64,000 nt of DNA from Paraphysomonas bandaiensis (GCA_965644295.1 CBFFRP010000123.1:186001-250000); one strand, 5' to 3'; positions 13,016 to 27,190 are shown, numbered from the stretch's first letter. Notes: generated from the letters alone by a model not told the origin. Translations and numbers: made by a program.

Positions 13016-13874
13016 ATGAATAAGAATCAATATGAATTTAAAGTAGTAGTATTAGGGGATAAAGGAGTCGGGAAAACATGTTTAGTACTTCGTTTTATTG
13101 AGGTATGATATTTACTATGAATTGATTATAGTTTTATGTGGAATGTTTTGTCTATAGGGGTACTTTACACCAACACAACAGAGCACAATTGGAGCATTTT
13201 TCTTAACAAAGAAAATCACCCTCCCTGATGGATCATTATGTAAGATACAGCTTTGGGATACAGCTGGACAAGAGCGTTTTAGGGCAATGGCACCTGTAAG
13301 TTAGCCAATGTCGTTTTGCCTTGTTGTTATGTTGATTTCCTACAGATGTATTATAGAAATGCTTCTGCTGCAATTGTATGCTTCGATATAACGAATGAAG
13401 ACTCATTTACTAAAATGAAAGATTGGGTCGAAGAGTTGAAACAGAATGTATGGTTGATTGTGTTTGAAATCATTAAATTGAGTACCTCTTTTTGGTGCAG
13501 GTTCCAGCTGAGAAAATTGTACTAGCAATTGCGTGTACCAAGTCAGATCTCGAGTCTGAACGAGTCGTATCAAGGTCAAGAGCAGAAAACTTTGCCAGAC
13601 GAGTGGATGCCTCTCTATATGAGACAAGCGCAAAAGATAACTACGGTGTGGACGATATATTTAGAAACATCTCTGAACTTGTAAGTCAATTAGCAGTTTG
13701 CTTTCAATGTGTTCTGACAGTTTTACACAGATAGTGAAGAAACTAGGTGACTCTGTTGCTGTTAGTGGGGCCCCACGAACAGGTGTAATCGGCTCTCAAG
13801 CACAAGGTCAACAGTTAGGAGCCAAAGGAGCTGTCGAGGCGCCCAAAGGAACTTCTGACGGTGGCTGTTGTTAA
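13016..13874 (+). CDS. Rab5-group small GTPase (5 exons)
   Basis: GDKGVGKT, STIGAFF, WDTAGQERFRAMAPMYYR, TKSD, ETSAK and a C-terminal GGCC prenylation signal. Confidence 0.93.
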
Positions 13875-14280
13875 GGATGTAGTGCATGTGCCATTATAAC
13901 TCAAAAAAATCTCGATAATTATTGCAGTTTGCAAAAATATTAGTTAGACATATGTAGGAAATGCTATAGTTTTAAGAGAAGATCTTAGTGATACTAATGT
14001 GTAACGACAATATGATTTATGCAAGTATTATCACAATTGAAACACTTATTATAATTGAATTTGTAATTGCTCCTCAATACGTTGAATTGATGATTGGTAA
14101 CATGTTCTGTGTTGTTTACGTAACATTAGTTTGGTTTAGATTCTATAGACTAACTTGTAGAATAGTTGTTACTAAGGGATGTAGGATATCACTTAGGGAA
14201 GCTAACGAGAGCCGCATATATAGTCAGCACTTATTGTTATGCCCTATTCCCACTCATTGTCAAATGTTTGTGTAGATATC

Positions 14281-15440
14281 TTTGGGCCCATCTTAAGGGC
14301 AACCGGGGTATTGGACTGCACACTGAAGTCAAGCAGCCGGGTTAGTTCACTTTAAGAACTCAGAGCGGAAGTGGTCGCACCTTGGTACTTGCGGTGCCGC
14401 ACAAGCAGCTTTCGTAGCGCAAAATAGAAGGATATCAGTGTTAAGCACTAGTCATTTAAATTGTTTTGCTACACTACTAGTAAGGCATTCACAAACTAAA
14501 AGAAAGTATTATGTAAGAAAGTAGTAAAAAATAATACAAATACTTTTCTTCACACTATATAGTATATTAATAATATCTTCATATAGTTAGTTATTGTGCA
14601 TATTTATACTGTGCATAGGTCTATCAGAGTACCCGACCTTGGCAGACCTAGTTCTGTTGCGCAGTCCCACTCTTCTCAATCAGATGTTGCCTCTTTTGCA
14701 CCATCACGCTCCCTCTCGACTCCCTGTTGCTGGACACACCGGATGACTCTCATATCCCACCCCTGTCCAGCTATACACTCTCTTGAACGTGCTCTCCACC
14801 GCTGGCTAAGACAGAAAAAGAGTCGATTTCGACGCTTCTTCACAGTAGGCCATAACCTTTTGCAAGACCTTCATCCACATTCCTCCGAGCCGCTTGGCAC
14901 AATATGCCTAAAGGAAAGCCACCAGATCGCCAATCTCAGCAGGGTATAGTACTGTTTGCCCTGGTTGCCGTGAGGTACATAAGGCAGTCCACGATGCAAA
15001 TTGCACACAATGTATGTGTAGTCTTAAGCGCTCCAGTGTTGTAGTAGTAGACTTAGGTCACTGCTTTCACTCTTGTCATGCTGTACATTGCACAAGTTAA
15101 CGTGTCCCCTACATACACATCTATCATAATAATATAGCGAGAGAAGTGTCATCCCAAGGAGAGACCTCCAGATTACACGCGCCAGTGAGTCCCAGGACAC
15201 ACGATCATGGGGAGCCTCATAACACACACTAAGAACGGAAGTGGTCGCACCTTGGTGCTTGCGGCGACGCACAAGCAGCTTCTGTAGCGTTAAATAGTAG
15301 GATAAAAGAGTTTGTATTGAAGAGTTACGGGTAGAGGTCTAAATAGTTTGTCTAGCATTCTTCTAGCCACTAATTGGTGCAGGCTTTCAAAGTATATTGC
15401 TAAATATATATCACACTCAATAAGACATTCAATATATATT
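14281..15440 (+). mobile_element. Cluster of family A fragments, with a C-rich degenerate coding-like segment at 14625-14990
   Basis: Family A core at 14365-14440 and 15231-15370; 15175-15440 matches 1225-1480. Confidence 0.7.
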
Positions 15441-16304
15441 ACACTATTATGTACGTTTTTCTATATTATTTGAGTTGCTATTCTCTTGGCGCCCTTATTT
15501 GGTCATGGTACATTATTTCTTGTTGTAGCTACTATTGAATTCCTTATATTATTAAACCAGCTACTAAGTGGTTATTCTACTATGATCTTTCTATTGTGCA
15601 TGCTTGTGCTTGTACATATTATACTATATTATGTTTTAAATAAATGGTGACATTATAATATATAGCTCTTGGAACTATGAACCAAGATCTAGAGTATAGT
15701 AATAATGGCAAGGATAAGATGCGCTGAATAATGAGCAAAAAGGGTAACGATGAAGGAAATGATGCATTGATGATACTCATGGAACTGTAAGATGAACTAG
15801 GCTGAATAATTTTACTGAAGAATTCCGAGTTTGATATCTCTGCTGATGGGTGTGCGTGTATTTCCAAATTATCCAGTGAGACAATTATATTTTAGCGAAG
15901 TTATTTATTTTTTGGGTACGCTATGTGTCGAAGTCATATTTCGTATAATACATAAGTATATATATATGTGTGTTACGTTTGAACGTGATAGTGCATCAAC
16001 TAAATTGACTGTAATTCATCATTAAACAAGTAGAGGTGAACGCTATAATCGTAGAGTTAGAATAAAAATAAAATAGTATATAGATGAATTAGTACTGCAG
16101 AATAGAGCTTTATATGAATTTAGTGATATTTAATCTCTAGACAAGGTACTTAATATATATATTGAAGCAGACATACCCTAGTCGCTTGACTATATTTTCA
16201 CTTCACTATAAACCGCACAAACGAGTTACATATCGAAAAGTTTCACCCAACGTATAAAATCCACAAAGAAACATAAATTCATAACTATGAAATCGGCATA
16301 GTAC

Positions 16305-18359
16305 TTAAATCGCAGGAAGCGCAATATCTGAATTCTTGCTGTCTCGAGAAGCATTGAACTCACGGAGCATGGTTACACCGCTTGGAGATCTAAGCTTATT
16401 AGGAGAGTGGCAGTTCTTTGCGATTGGGCTAAAGCGTGTTCTTCCAACGTCTCCGTCATCTTCAGATATTGAAATGCGTCTCGTGAGGCGGATAGGTCTT
16501 GTAGTTCGCCTCACGAGAGTTGTCGATGCTTCACATTGGTCTGTCTGGCATGCCAGCGTCGGACTTTCAATAGCAGAACTCCGCTGATTGCGGCGCTGTA
16601 ACGTCTTCATTTTAAGTATACTTCTTCTGGCTGCTTTCTCATCCATTACCCTCTGTAGCTCTTTAGCACTCTCAACAGCTTTAGCACACTCCTCTTCGAA
16701 TTTCCGAGCACGTTCCTCCGCTTCTGTACATTTTTCCACAGCCGCCTCCACTCTTTCCTCGCATGACCTCATTAAACGATTGACCTCACATATCTCCTCT
16801 TGTAGCTCTTCGTACCTACGCTCATGCATAGTCACACTCTCCCGAGTGGCAGCCAAGTCTTGCTCCAGTTCAGCGACGTATTGTGATTTATAGTTTAGAG
16901 TAATTTTGACCTGCTGAAGTTCTTCATCCTTCGCCTTAGCAAGGGTCTCCATTTCAGCAATGATGGCAGCATTTCTCTGAGTTAGGTGATCCTTCTCATA
17001 TAGTGCCATAGACAATAGACTTTTGCATTCATTAAGGCTCTGTATTACTGACTCGTTAGATTTTGTGAGATCTTCAAGACTTTTCTTGTGAGAAGCGCTC
17101 TCAACTTTTGCACGATCCAGCTCCTCACAAAGTGACTTCGCGCTAGATTCTAACCTACCCTCGAGGGAATCACACTTTTCTGCCAGCTCTGCCTTATGAT
17201 CTTGCAGAGCACGGCAATTTCTGACAGATGTGTCAAGTAAGCGCTGCAACTTTTTACTTCGTTTCTCAAGAGTATCGATACTCGCTCTATGAGATTTCTC
17301 CAATTTTGATAATCTTTCTACGTCAGCAATTGATTCGTCAAGTTTATTTGCCAACTCAGCTCTCTGTCGCTGATTCTCTTCTCGTTCTGGGGCCTACTTT
17401 ACATTACCCGCGCCAATACACTATGCGCGAGGTACTTACCAGACTTGACAGCTCTGCCTGGAGTTCACGGACTTGTGTCTCGGCTGCACGCTCCAAACGC
17501 CGTGCCTCTAATACTTCTTTCGTTAAGCGCTCACATGCCTCCTCCGCTTCCTTTAGATGAGTTGCATTGGCCTCAGCCTTAGCTCCCTCTTCCTCTAAGC
17601 TGCTTTTTTCAGCACGCAAAGCTTGGTTATTAGTGTGTAATTCGTCATTTCTATGGCGAAGAGTCTCGTTCAGTAATTTTAGCTCTCTCATCTCAGAAAA
17701 CATGTACTCCTTCTACACAAAGCAGTCAACAAAGAAAAACAAAATATGCATCTGACAACCTCGACTTTATGATCTGCCTGCAGTTTAACGACCTGGGACT
17801 GCAAGGTCTCTATTTGCGCTGTTTTGGTGGCAATCTCCAACTGGAGCTTAGCCTTTAGATTGCTCGTTGACTCTTCAATTTCTGCTAATGCAACTTTCAC
17901 TCGAGCCAGTTCTTTGCAGTCGTGGTGCACTATTTCAACACTCCCTCCACATTTATCACATGGAATAAGAGAGAGTGATGCCTCAGTAGGTGCTTTGAGC
18001 ATAAAGGGTTGTGTTAGATCTAAACTTGGAATAGTTTCCTTCCATTGAGACAATAAAACAGATCGTTCATCATCAGTAAGCAACTCTGTAATTAACTCTT
18101 TAAGACATATCACATCACGAAGATATGCAGTTCTAATCTCTTCAATCATTTCCATTCGACGATTTAATCGACCCACATAAGCTTCATTAGGGATGACTTG
18201 TGATCCTTTCCTCTCTACAGGGGACACAGATTGTGTTTCCATATCACTTATACGCTGATCTATGAATGGAGGTAACTCTTCTGCTATAAATGTAGTAATC
18301 TCTTTATCATTTTCACATAAGGATTTACTTGGTCGTAAACATTGTAATTTCATATCCAT
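16305..18359 (-). CDS. Long coiled-coil protein of unknown function (3 exons)
   Basis: Three E/K/L-rich heptad ORFs joined by short GT-AG introns (~17714-17759, ~17395-17440). Confidence 0.8.
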
Positions 18360-19412
18360 TTTTTATAGATGAAAACTATTCGAATGATCCATATGCTTAT
18401 ATATATGCCCTCATAGATGATCACTTAATATACTATACAATATACAGCATAACGTAAATATGTATATATAATACCAACCACTCAGAATATGTCTGTATAT
18501 ATTCACTTATGTAGGAAGTGCAACTCGAGGGCACTTCTATTATACAGTCAAGGCACACTTCATCTAGATCCATATGGAGATTGGAGGCTATTAGTGACGA
18601 TATATGCCCTTCCCTCCTTAATCACAATAATATCAAATCAAATTCATGAAATTATAATTGATTCGATATCGTTTAATTTTATAGTGAAAGGGGAAAAATA
18701 TTGTCTAAGAAATACCGGAATACATTGTATAAAAAAGCGGTTCAGATGTCATACATACTGTACACTGTACTATGAGGAAAGGGACATACATATGTAGGTC
18801 CAACAATTAACAATCCCTACAGTTAAGTTTGCATGATAATGGTCTTAAGGAAGGGTAAAACATTCATGTGTCTATAGAATTCAACGCAATATAAGAGTCT
18901 TAGAATAGGATTTGCGTGGCATGTAGATATTAAATGACCACTATACTACAGTATTATAACTTTACTGTATGGACATAATTAATGCAGCAGCATGTCTGTG
19001 TTAACTCTACTGTGTGGATGTCAAAATCAATATCAAGAGCCATCTTGTCGTGCTTTTTGACCTTCTATTCTGGAACTTATTCCTCCTTATTATCTGTAGG
19101 GTTACTTCCATAATATAAATATTGGTAGCGTGGTTGTCCAAAGTTCGATTTCTTACTGTGATGTGCTGTTGAGGTTGATGATATGTATTGTTGTGCGCCT
19201 GTTGGCATTTTGATGGAAATAACTGTCGAAAAAGTATTCGTAGTGTGCTCCCCTTTAATTTGTTTTGACATTTTACTCAGGTGTCAGATTAACAGTTGTT
19301 GTGCTATTTGCACTATTATTTGGGTTGTGACCGCATTATCTACCTAAGATTAGTAAATCAGTTAAAATATTATGATTGATCCACGTAACCCTGAATCTAC
19401 GTTTCTATGAAT

Positions 19413-19473
19413 CAGGGATAGGAAACAACATATTGTAATTATTATTATTACGATATGTTATTCCCTGTCCCTG
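19413..19473. mobile_element. 61 bp hairpin mini-MITE, hAT-like
   Basis: CAGGGATAGGAAACAACATATTGTAAT / ATTACGATATGTTATTCCCTGTCCCTG; 8 bp flanks CTATGAAT / CAATGAAT (7/8 match); one arm recurs at ~37163. Confidence 0.65.
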
Positions 19474-19999
19474 CAATGAATAACTCTATGCAACCTACTA
19501 TACTCTGCACGATGCATCACTCTTTTCCTCCCAATAATTTAGATATCCTCATGAGATGCACTACATAGTACATAGGGTACACTAGCCTATAATTTCTACC
19601 TAGGCGGCGATGTGCATGATAATGTCAAGTAGCTAGCAATAGGCATTCTGTTTCAATTTAATTATACTTTATTGATCACAAGTGTACGTACTTTCTCGCA
19701 ATTGATTGAAGAGGTTCATTGAAAATATACAGTATATAAATATTCTCTGCAGGTCGCTACTGTACAAAAATTTATACTGTTGTTTCGGCTTTTCAGAAGA
19801 ATATACATCTTGAAAGGATCTTGTATTCAAGATTTCTACGTTAAATAAAACATCGTGGGAATTCCGTAGAAGATTTTAAAAATCCTTAAGAAAACTTATG
19901 CTCTTTTTCTAGTCTTCAACTGCTAGTTTAGAGTAAAAATTATTGGTTTGGGTTTCCAGAAGAATGCGAGCATCTGTTCACAGCTGTCAGTCATAACGA

Positions 20000-22251
20000 T
20001 CATAAAGTTTCAGCAAGTATGTCACCTGAAACGCACTGCTGTATTCTGAATATATCCAGAGGAGTATGTATAACATATTGTTCGCCTTCATAGTGATTGC
20101 ACCCTCCGTCTGTATTTTCACATAGCAACACAACCATGCCCATATATCCCATGTTCCGCATTCGAGGCAGTAGCGAAGAGGCACCGTTGTCCACTAGGTG
20201 GCAACTGACGAACACAATGTGAATTGATCTCATAGTGTACAGGGCAGTTTGAACGGCATTCACAGCACGCGCGGCAGACTCCGAAATAATGACGTCTTCA
20301 ACAAGGTCGCGCAATACAGTAGTCACGAATGAAACTTCGGAATTAATATTGGACACAACGAGCGCACGATTTATCTTCCTCAATTCCGTGTCATGTGAGC
20401 ACTGTTTTCCTTCAAACGCGCAAGTGAAAGGCTCCGGAGTGCACATATCGCTATCATCAGGAGCCAGATCAATAACTTGCTCGCTATTACTAATCGCCGG
20501 AACCTCTAGGTAAAAAGCGCATCCCAAGTCGGTGCCGTGTACTACTCCCACAGATCCGCTGTGCATATGTACTATGCATTTTGTCACTTGTATAAAAAAC
20601 GAATCAATATGAAAATCAGAGCATGTTTGCAATTTACGCACCCCACATAATAGTATTTGTAGACCACTCTGAGCTGCGGCATGAGATGGAATTTTGATTT
20701 ATTACTCCTAGCAGTTGCCCAGTCATATGTATCTCGACACGCAACAAGCCACATTGTTCACTCTTCGCTAGACCATCCCCCTCAATTTCGTACAGCGCAT
20801 GTCCGCCTTGCTCTGGGGTACTCTTGCCCGACTTACGCTTCATAAAACTGAAGACGCTCAATTGATCCCCAGGTCGAGATAGACCAACGGCTATCATGAG
20901 TAGATTCCGAATGGCTTGCTTAAGGAGACGAACATCTGCTTCGATAAACACACTCGACAGTTCCGGTGACAGGTGACTACTTTCCCCGTATAACAAACCA
21001 ACTCCGGCTTGATTCGCCTAAAATCATTATCTTAGCCAGTCGACACAAGTACCAGACGAACTTATTTACCTTCCTTTCCACAGGAATGATGGCCCCAGTA
21101 ATAAGGGCAAGCGCACTGATCAAGCTGTGTTTGAATTCCATCACACCATTTTCAATCTCATCAGCTAAAGTCACATTTTCTAACAATGCATAAGCCATCT
21201 CACATCCTCCTTTCACATCATAGAATACCCTGAACACGGGGTCAGAAGGAATAAACGGAGATATCCGACGCTTTTTAATATCTTGCTGAGCACTATCTGC
21301 CGCGGCTACGATGGCATCTAGAGATCGACGGAACTCCTCAGCTATATAGCAAAGAAAGCGTCTCTTGCTACTCACAAGTAACTATGCAAGCACTGTTAGT
21401 AAAAAATGGTTTTCACAAACCTACTATACCTGTGATATATCCCTATCTTTGCGAGCAATCCTTGAAGATATTGCTGCAGCGAAAGTACTTTGAGCTGCAT
21501 CAATAATGATGAAACCTGCTATACACTGATTGCTATGATACATCTCAAATTCACTACCCATAATGCCGATAGAGAAAAATCTTATCAGTGTCTTGAAGAA
21601 AAGTGAGATAATGACAAGCATAGAGTAGTAGGGAGAAAGCGACTCGCAGGCAGACAGATGTATGGCGCTTATGACGCCTGGATGAAAAATAACTTTGATG
21701 ATAATAACTAACAGACCGCTCAAAGAAATTATAAATAAAATGCGAACCACAGTTAAATACACGTTTGGAAAACATTCACACAGAGCAGACCACAATCCGA
21801 CATTGTTGTGAACAACTGAGATGAAAAGTATCAGCAAGTAAAACAATTTTCTAGGAGGGGTAAAAAAGTGATAACCACTAAACATGAGACTCATCAGCGC
21901 ACCAGTAATTAGTAAATCCCTCATTGCTGACATACATGAAGCAATCTGAAAGGAGTTAGACAAGAAAATCGTAATATTAGGTGCTGTGAGGGCCAGGATA
22001 TGAACCCATCGCGACAGAGTAATAACGCGAGGAAGGGTGCCTCCGAGAACAGCATCGAATAAGAGCGGAGCTGATAGCGCAACAGCAATAAGAGAAGCCT
22101 TTGTAACAAGGGAGTACCCATACTCGGCAGACATGGTCTCGCTATCCTTAACAACACCCAGAAATAGAAGTGGAATACAACATGTAACGGCGAAACTCAC
22201 AGTGAGTGTAATAAATACATCAGGAGTTATATATGAGTGAAGGCGAGACAT
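20000..22251 (-). CDS. Membrane hybrid histidine-kinase-like protein (multi-TM, HisKA, HATPase, receiver) with degenerate catalytic residues (4 exons)
   Basis: KRRFLCYIAEEFRRSL (HisKA-like), ADVRLLKQAIRNLL (N-box), VTKCIVHMHSGSVGV..GCAFYLEVP (HATPase end), RALVV..IVFVS..RMRNMGYMGMVV (receiver-like). Confidence 0.75.
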
Positions 22252-23036
22252 AGTCAGTGATTATATATGACTATATAATACTCATAGTGATATGTTTCAG
22301 ATATATATGCATATGTCGAAGATATCTATACTGAATATATCCGCTTCCACTGCACATACATCTATATATAGATATATACATATAGATAACAGCACTGGTT
22401 AAGTCTAGTGTGATATAATACATTTATCTTTAATCAATTGATTATATAGAGTCTTATCGAACTAGTTGTTGTTTCCATATGACATCTCCAGATATGTTCA
22501 AGTAAGTAAGATATGCACATGTGTATCTATGACTGGCTCCTTGTATTGCTGTATGAACTGCTCTCTCTATATATAGCGGTACAGTACACCGTATGCTGCT
22601 GCAGGTGTATAGGCAGATATATTGAAATATTGGAATTTTAGATATTAAAAATCTAGAAATCATTTTATCTTAGGTTTTCAAGGGAAAATGCCAATATTTT
22701 AGCCGATCTGAAGATTTTCTAGTATAGTATATTTAAAATGCAGCACTATATATACATGCACATGTCGATATTACAGCACACAACGCTGCCTTGAATTATA
22801 CGCCTATGCTTCAGATTGATTGATATGCAACGCAGATAAAACTTTTATCTACTATCACATTTGTTGGATAATAGATCCATTGCAGTAGATGAGTATGCAT
22901 GACACTGACTGATATCACTGTACAGGTTATTACATAAGCTACAGTCTCTTACTATACTACAGTCTCTTACTATACTATAGTACTGTTCACGTGTTTCTAT
23001 TTATATATTTAGATATCTTGTCTTCACATTTTCTAA

Positions 23037-25983
23037 ATGAATTATAATTCGTCTCGATCTGATGGGGGGACTTCAAGGGACCCAACATATCTGTTTAAAT
23101 ACCTCCTTCTGGCTAATATGTGTAAGATGCTTGTGTTATATACTTATTGCTGTGTGATTGTATAGACAGGTATGTATCTAGAGGCTGGAGCTATCCCTGC
23201 TATGCTCATTCAAATAGCGGAGTCATTTGATATGCTTTCCGGACAGCAAGGTCTTCTCGGTGGAATAGCTTATTTGTCATTAGGATTCGGGAGCCCATTT
23301 GCAGGATACTTAATGCGCACGTATAACCACAAGTCTGTGCTTGTATATACGGTTGGAATCAACAATGTATTCACGCTTTTGTGGGCTTTGACTCCTGTGG
23401 GGAAGTGGTATTCCACGGCTCTATTTATATTTCTTCGGTTTGTGATGGGACTGATGCAGTGCATTGTGTGTGTATTCATGCCCTTATGGACTAATGAGTT
23501 TGCCCCAGCTGCAGAACGTACCAAGTGGATGGGTGCCCTCCAAGTGCGTATAGCGAGTGTCACTCATATGATGTTGACTGTCTGTGCAGGCCAGTGTTCC
23601 ATTCGGCGTTATGGGTGGTTACATTATCGCTGCTATCATGATTGGTCCTTCTTCAGGGACAGATACATGTATGGGCCTCTTATGTTGGCGATGGCCGTTA
23701 ATCGCCGAGTGGGCTATGCTGGCACCCTTTTGTGTGGCAGTTTATTTTGTACCAGCAAGTCACCTCCACATACGGTCCAAAAAGCAGTCCACGAGAGGAT
23801 TCAAGCGGTTGCGACTCCGCAGTCTGTCGCTCGGCGGAGCCGAAGATCACAGTTCTTCTGTTGGCGTGGCTGGAATTGGGGGAGGGAAGAGGACTTACGG
23901 CACAATGCAGCCTGGGATAATGACTTGCATGAGAAGCCGCAGCATGAGTGCAGATTCCAAAGACGAGCATACTGGTCTCATGATGGACAACGAGCAGAAT
24001 GTCGCAGCAAACTCGTGCGACCCAGAGTCGGATGACGTCGGTGCAGCAATAGAACCAAAGCATTCTTTAGGATACATCACGTCTGATACACCTGACCAAT
24101 CAAACGCTGTAAGTACTTTTATGTGGAGTACACATATAACAAAAATTTGTTATGTATATATTATGCACGTAATGGGGTATTGTGATTTTATATGTGTAGT
24201 CCAATTGCTACCCGTACGATATGAAGCACAGACTGGACATGGAGGGGCAGAGTTGTCCTGAGTTGGCTCATATTCGACGCAAGAGTTGGAGTAGTGTGCA
24301 GAAAAGATCCATGTGTGCCTCACTATTTACGGCAATGTCGACTCGAGAGGCTCTCCGAATGTCTCTCACGGAGGAGGAAGGGGACGGCTTGATGGGTGAG
24401 TTTTATATTTGCTATAATATTTGTTGATTTGTTTGTAGTACACGATAGTGTGGATGACCTTCAGCAGCTCGTGCAGGATTCTGGTCACCTGGATAACAGC
24501 GAATCGGGTAGTGAAGACGGCGGTGAAATGGCGAGCAAAGGATCGGACATCGAATATAAGAACAGAGCTGATGATGAAGAGTGCAATAAAAAGCAGAAGG
24601 ATTTCCCTTTCAGAGAGTCTGGGGTTCAATACGAATCACTGTCAAAAGTTCAGCAGGACTACATTGACAAAGCAAACTCTCTCATCATTAATAAGACCCC
24701 ACCGAGAAGAGATATGCGCCGATGGTGAGTGACTGCTATGCAGAAATTCTAATATGAGTTGATATCTATCTAATGTACAGGAGTAGCGACTTCAATATTC
24801 TGCGAGTGCGGAGTGCGGAAACGGACAGGCGGAGTTTGTTGCGGTTCAACAGCGACTTGGCGATACAACAAGATGATAGAGGTATGTTGCAAACAATACA
24901 TACTCAACAACATGTCATGTGGAATATATAGAAAGCTTTGCTACTCCCTTTAAGCGGTATTCCCGGCTCTATCAGAGGTACGTGTGTCGCCAAGCATGAC
25001 ACTTATGCTGTTCACAGTAGCACAGAGATAGTGATACAGAGTCCGACTCAGACGCCTATGCCCATCTTTTTTTCTCTCCTCACTCCACTGCCCGGTCCCC
25101 AACACAAGTCACTTTGAATTCTGACAGCGACTCCTTTTGGAGGCGGTGGTGTTGCCGTAGTGGCTCGCCTGCTCGATCAGTGCTAGCACTACTGCAAATT
25201 CCTGTTTATCGTAGCCTGCTCCTTGCATTAACAGCATTATACTTTGTCGTGACCGGGGTGCAGTTCTGGGGTACGAGTTATATGCTTGTCGCCCTTTCAG
25301 CCCCTCGTGCTCTAGTGAACTCGATGTTTGTCTTCTGTGCTGGAACTGGTCCCACACTAGGCGTCTTTTTTGGTGGGTGGATAGTGGATCGCATGGGAGG
25401 TTATGTAGGGAGTGCGCAACGAGTGGTCGTTCTTAAGCTTTGTGTTTGCATGGGTGCGTATTTTTTTGCTTGAATTCTGTTGGTGACTCTTGTCTTTTTG
25501 ATTGCAGGACTTACAGGGTGTATATGTGCCACACTGGCTGTATTTGCAACAACGTTCTCCACCTTCATTGTATGTTTGTGGTTGTTACTCTTCTCTGGGG
25601 CTTCTCTGTTACCGGCATGTACCGGTATTCTTGTCTCTGTTGTACCTAGGAAGTACCGCCCTATTTCTTCCTCGCTTTCCATTATGACGTTTAACATTTT
25701 TGGGTACTCTCTGTCGCTGTTCTTATCCGGCTATTTAATGCAGGTCAGTAATACTGAATTTTAGTTCCCTCTTACTACTTCAGTTTTCATAATTTCCTAT
25801 CCGTGAATATAGGCTATGGGCTTTTATTGGCCCGAGTGCGATTATGTGTGCACTCGAAAGTTTGGATTCCGCGTTGTCTTGCTGTGGTCATACTGGAGTA
25901 TGCTCTTTTTGTCGTGTGGTCTATGGGGTGCTATTAGATTGGAAAAGAAGATTAGGGCAAGCAACAGGCTACGCTTCAGTTAG
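23037..25983 (+). CDS. Spinster-like MFS transporter with a long central loop (multi-exon)
   Basis: QQGLLGGIAYL, LFIFLRFVMGL, PLWTNEFAP, YFVVTGVQFW, PTLGVFFGGWIVDRMGGY motifs; TAG at 25981-25983. Confidence 0.88.
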
Positions 25984-27009
25984 GAATAGAAACAGAATTT
26001 ACTTTTAAATAATGTATATGCTGTACAAACTCATAACTTATACCATCGCATTGACTTTCCTAGCATATGTATTGCTGCTAGAACCACGTAGTTTTTTAAT
26101 CACTTGATTAAAACATAATAGTGATTATAGGAGCGAAACAGTAGCCCCTGATCAATTAGTTAGTATCATTGAAATCAAAAGCTTTCCTTCAGTATGAATA
26201 TACCCATCAGTAGGTACAGAAATGACAGATAACGGATACAAATAGTGCATTACTCATATCCGAAAAAATAATTTTCTAGATTTTAGGGTATCTGTTATTG
26301 CATTATTGCTGATTCAATTCGCTCGGGGTGGATAATAGTAGACTATGCATAACTGTGTTTTCTTGGTAATTTGTAATTTGTATACTACTAAAACTCTAAA
26401 AATAACTATTTAAAGATGAAATCGCAGCTAGTGTGTTGGCGACATTAACTGACTATTCAATTACTTCTGCTTAACTGTAAATCTACTCTGACAACTTTGG
26501 CACCCATTGCGGGTTTACTTTTTTCTGTCTCTGTCTTCGACCGAAGTAAATTGTTCCTTGCTTTTGTCGTGTATGACCGGTGTGATGCTTTCATTTAAAT
26601 ATTTTTATGATAACTCCCCTGTAACATTTGTTGCATTTTTGATAATATATTACACCTCATCATAATGTTTCACAGTTGGCAGAGATAAATCTTAATAATA
26701 TAGACTGTCCTTTACAAGGATATCTATATTGTATCTATTCCACAGGACATCCCGAAGACTGTTTCGAATCCCAGTATTGATATCTTATGTTTGAAGACAT
26801 AGTCGCACACCTAAATAACGTGTTCTAGCTCTATTGGACTGAGCTAATACAGTCTTCAATTGATAAGAGCGTTAGTAATCACTGCTGTATTATACATGTG
26901 ACTGTGAATGGCTCCTTCTTCATCGTCATAATTGACATAGAACTATGTAGTACTATCATGAAATTGCAGTACAAGTGGCATTATCATTGATATCAGCTGG
27001 TTAAAGGCA

Positions 27010-27190
27010 ACATATGGCGGGTCAGTGTGCCCCTTGTCGCTGTTGTACATCGTATCGGCACAGCATTTTATATTTCGGGAATATATAGAAGCAAATATAG
27101 TCTGTATTAATGTGATACAACTACGGCTGGAATACATATAATTGTTGTCTCAATATTAGAGGCATCTTGGAACAAAAATATACAAAGGAT
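27010..27190. repeat. Dispersed repeat family C (partner at ~53835-54025)
   Basis: Shared GTGATACAACTACGGCT and GAACAAAAATATACAAAGGA blocks. Confidence 0.7.

Noticed and set aside
26440-27000. Possible decayed coding sequence on the minus strand (similar stretches at 15600-15870 and 19000-19300)
   Set aside because: No sustained frame or recognisable motif; cannot be supported without a search
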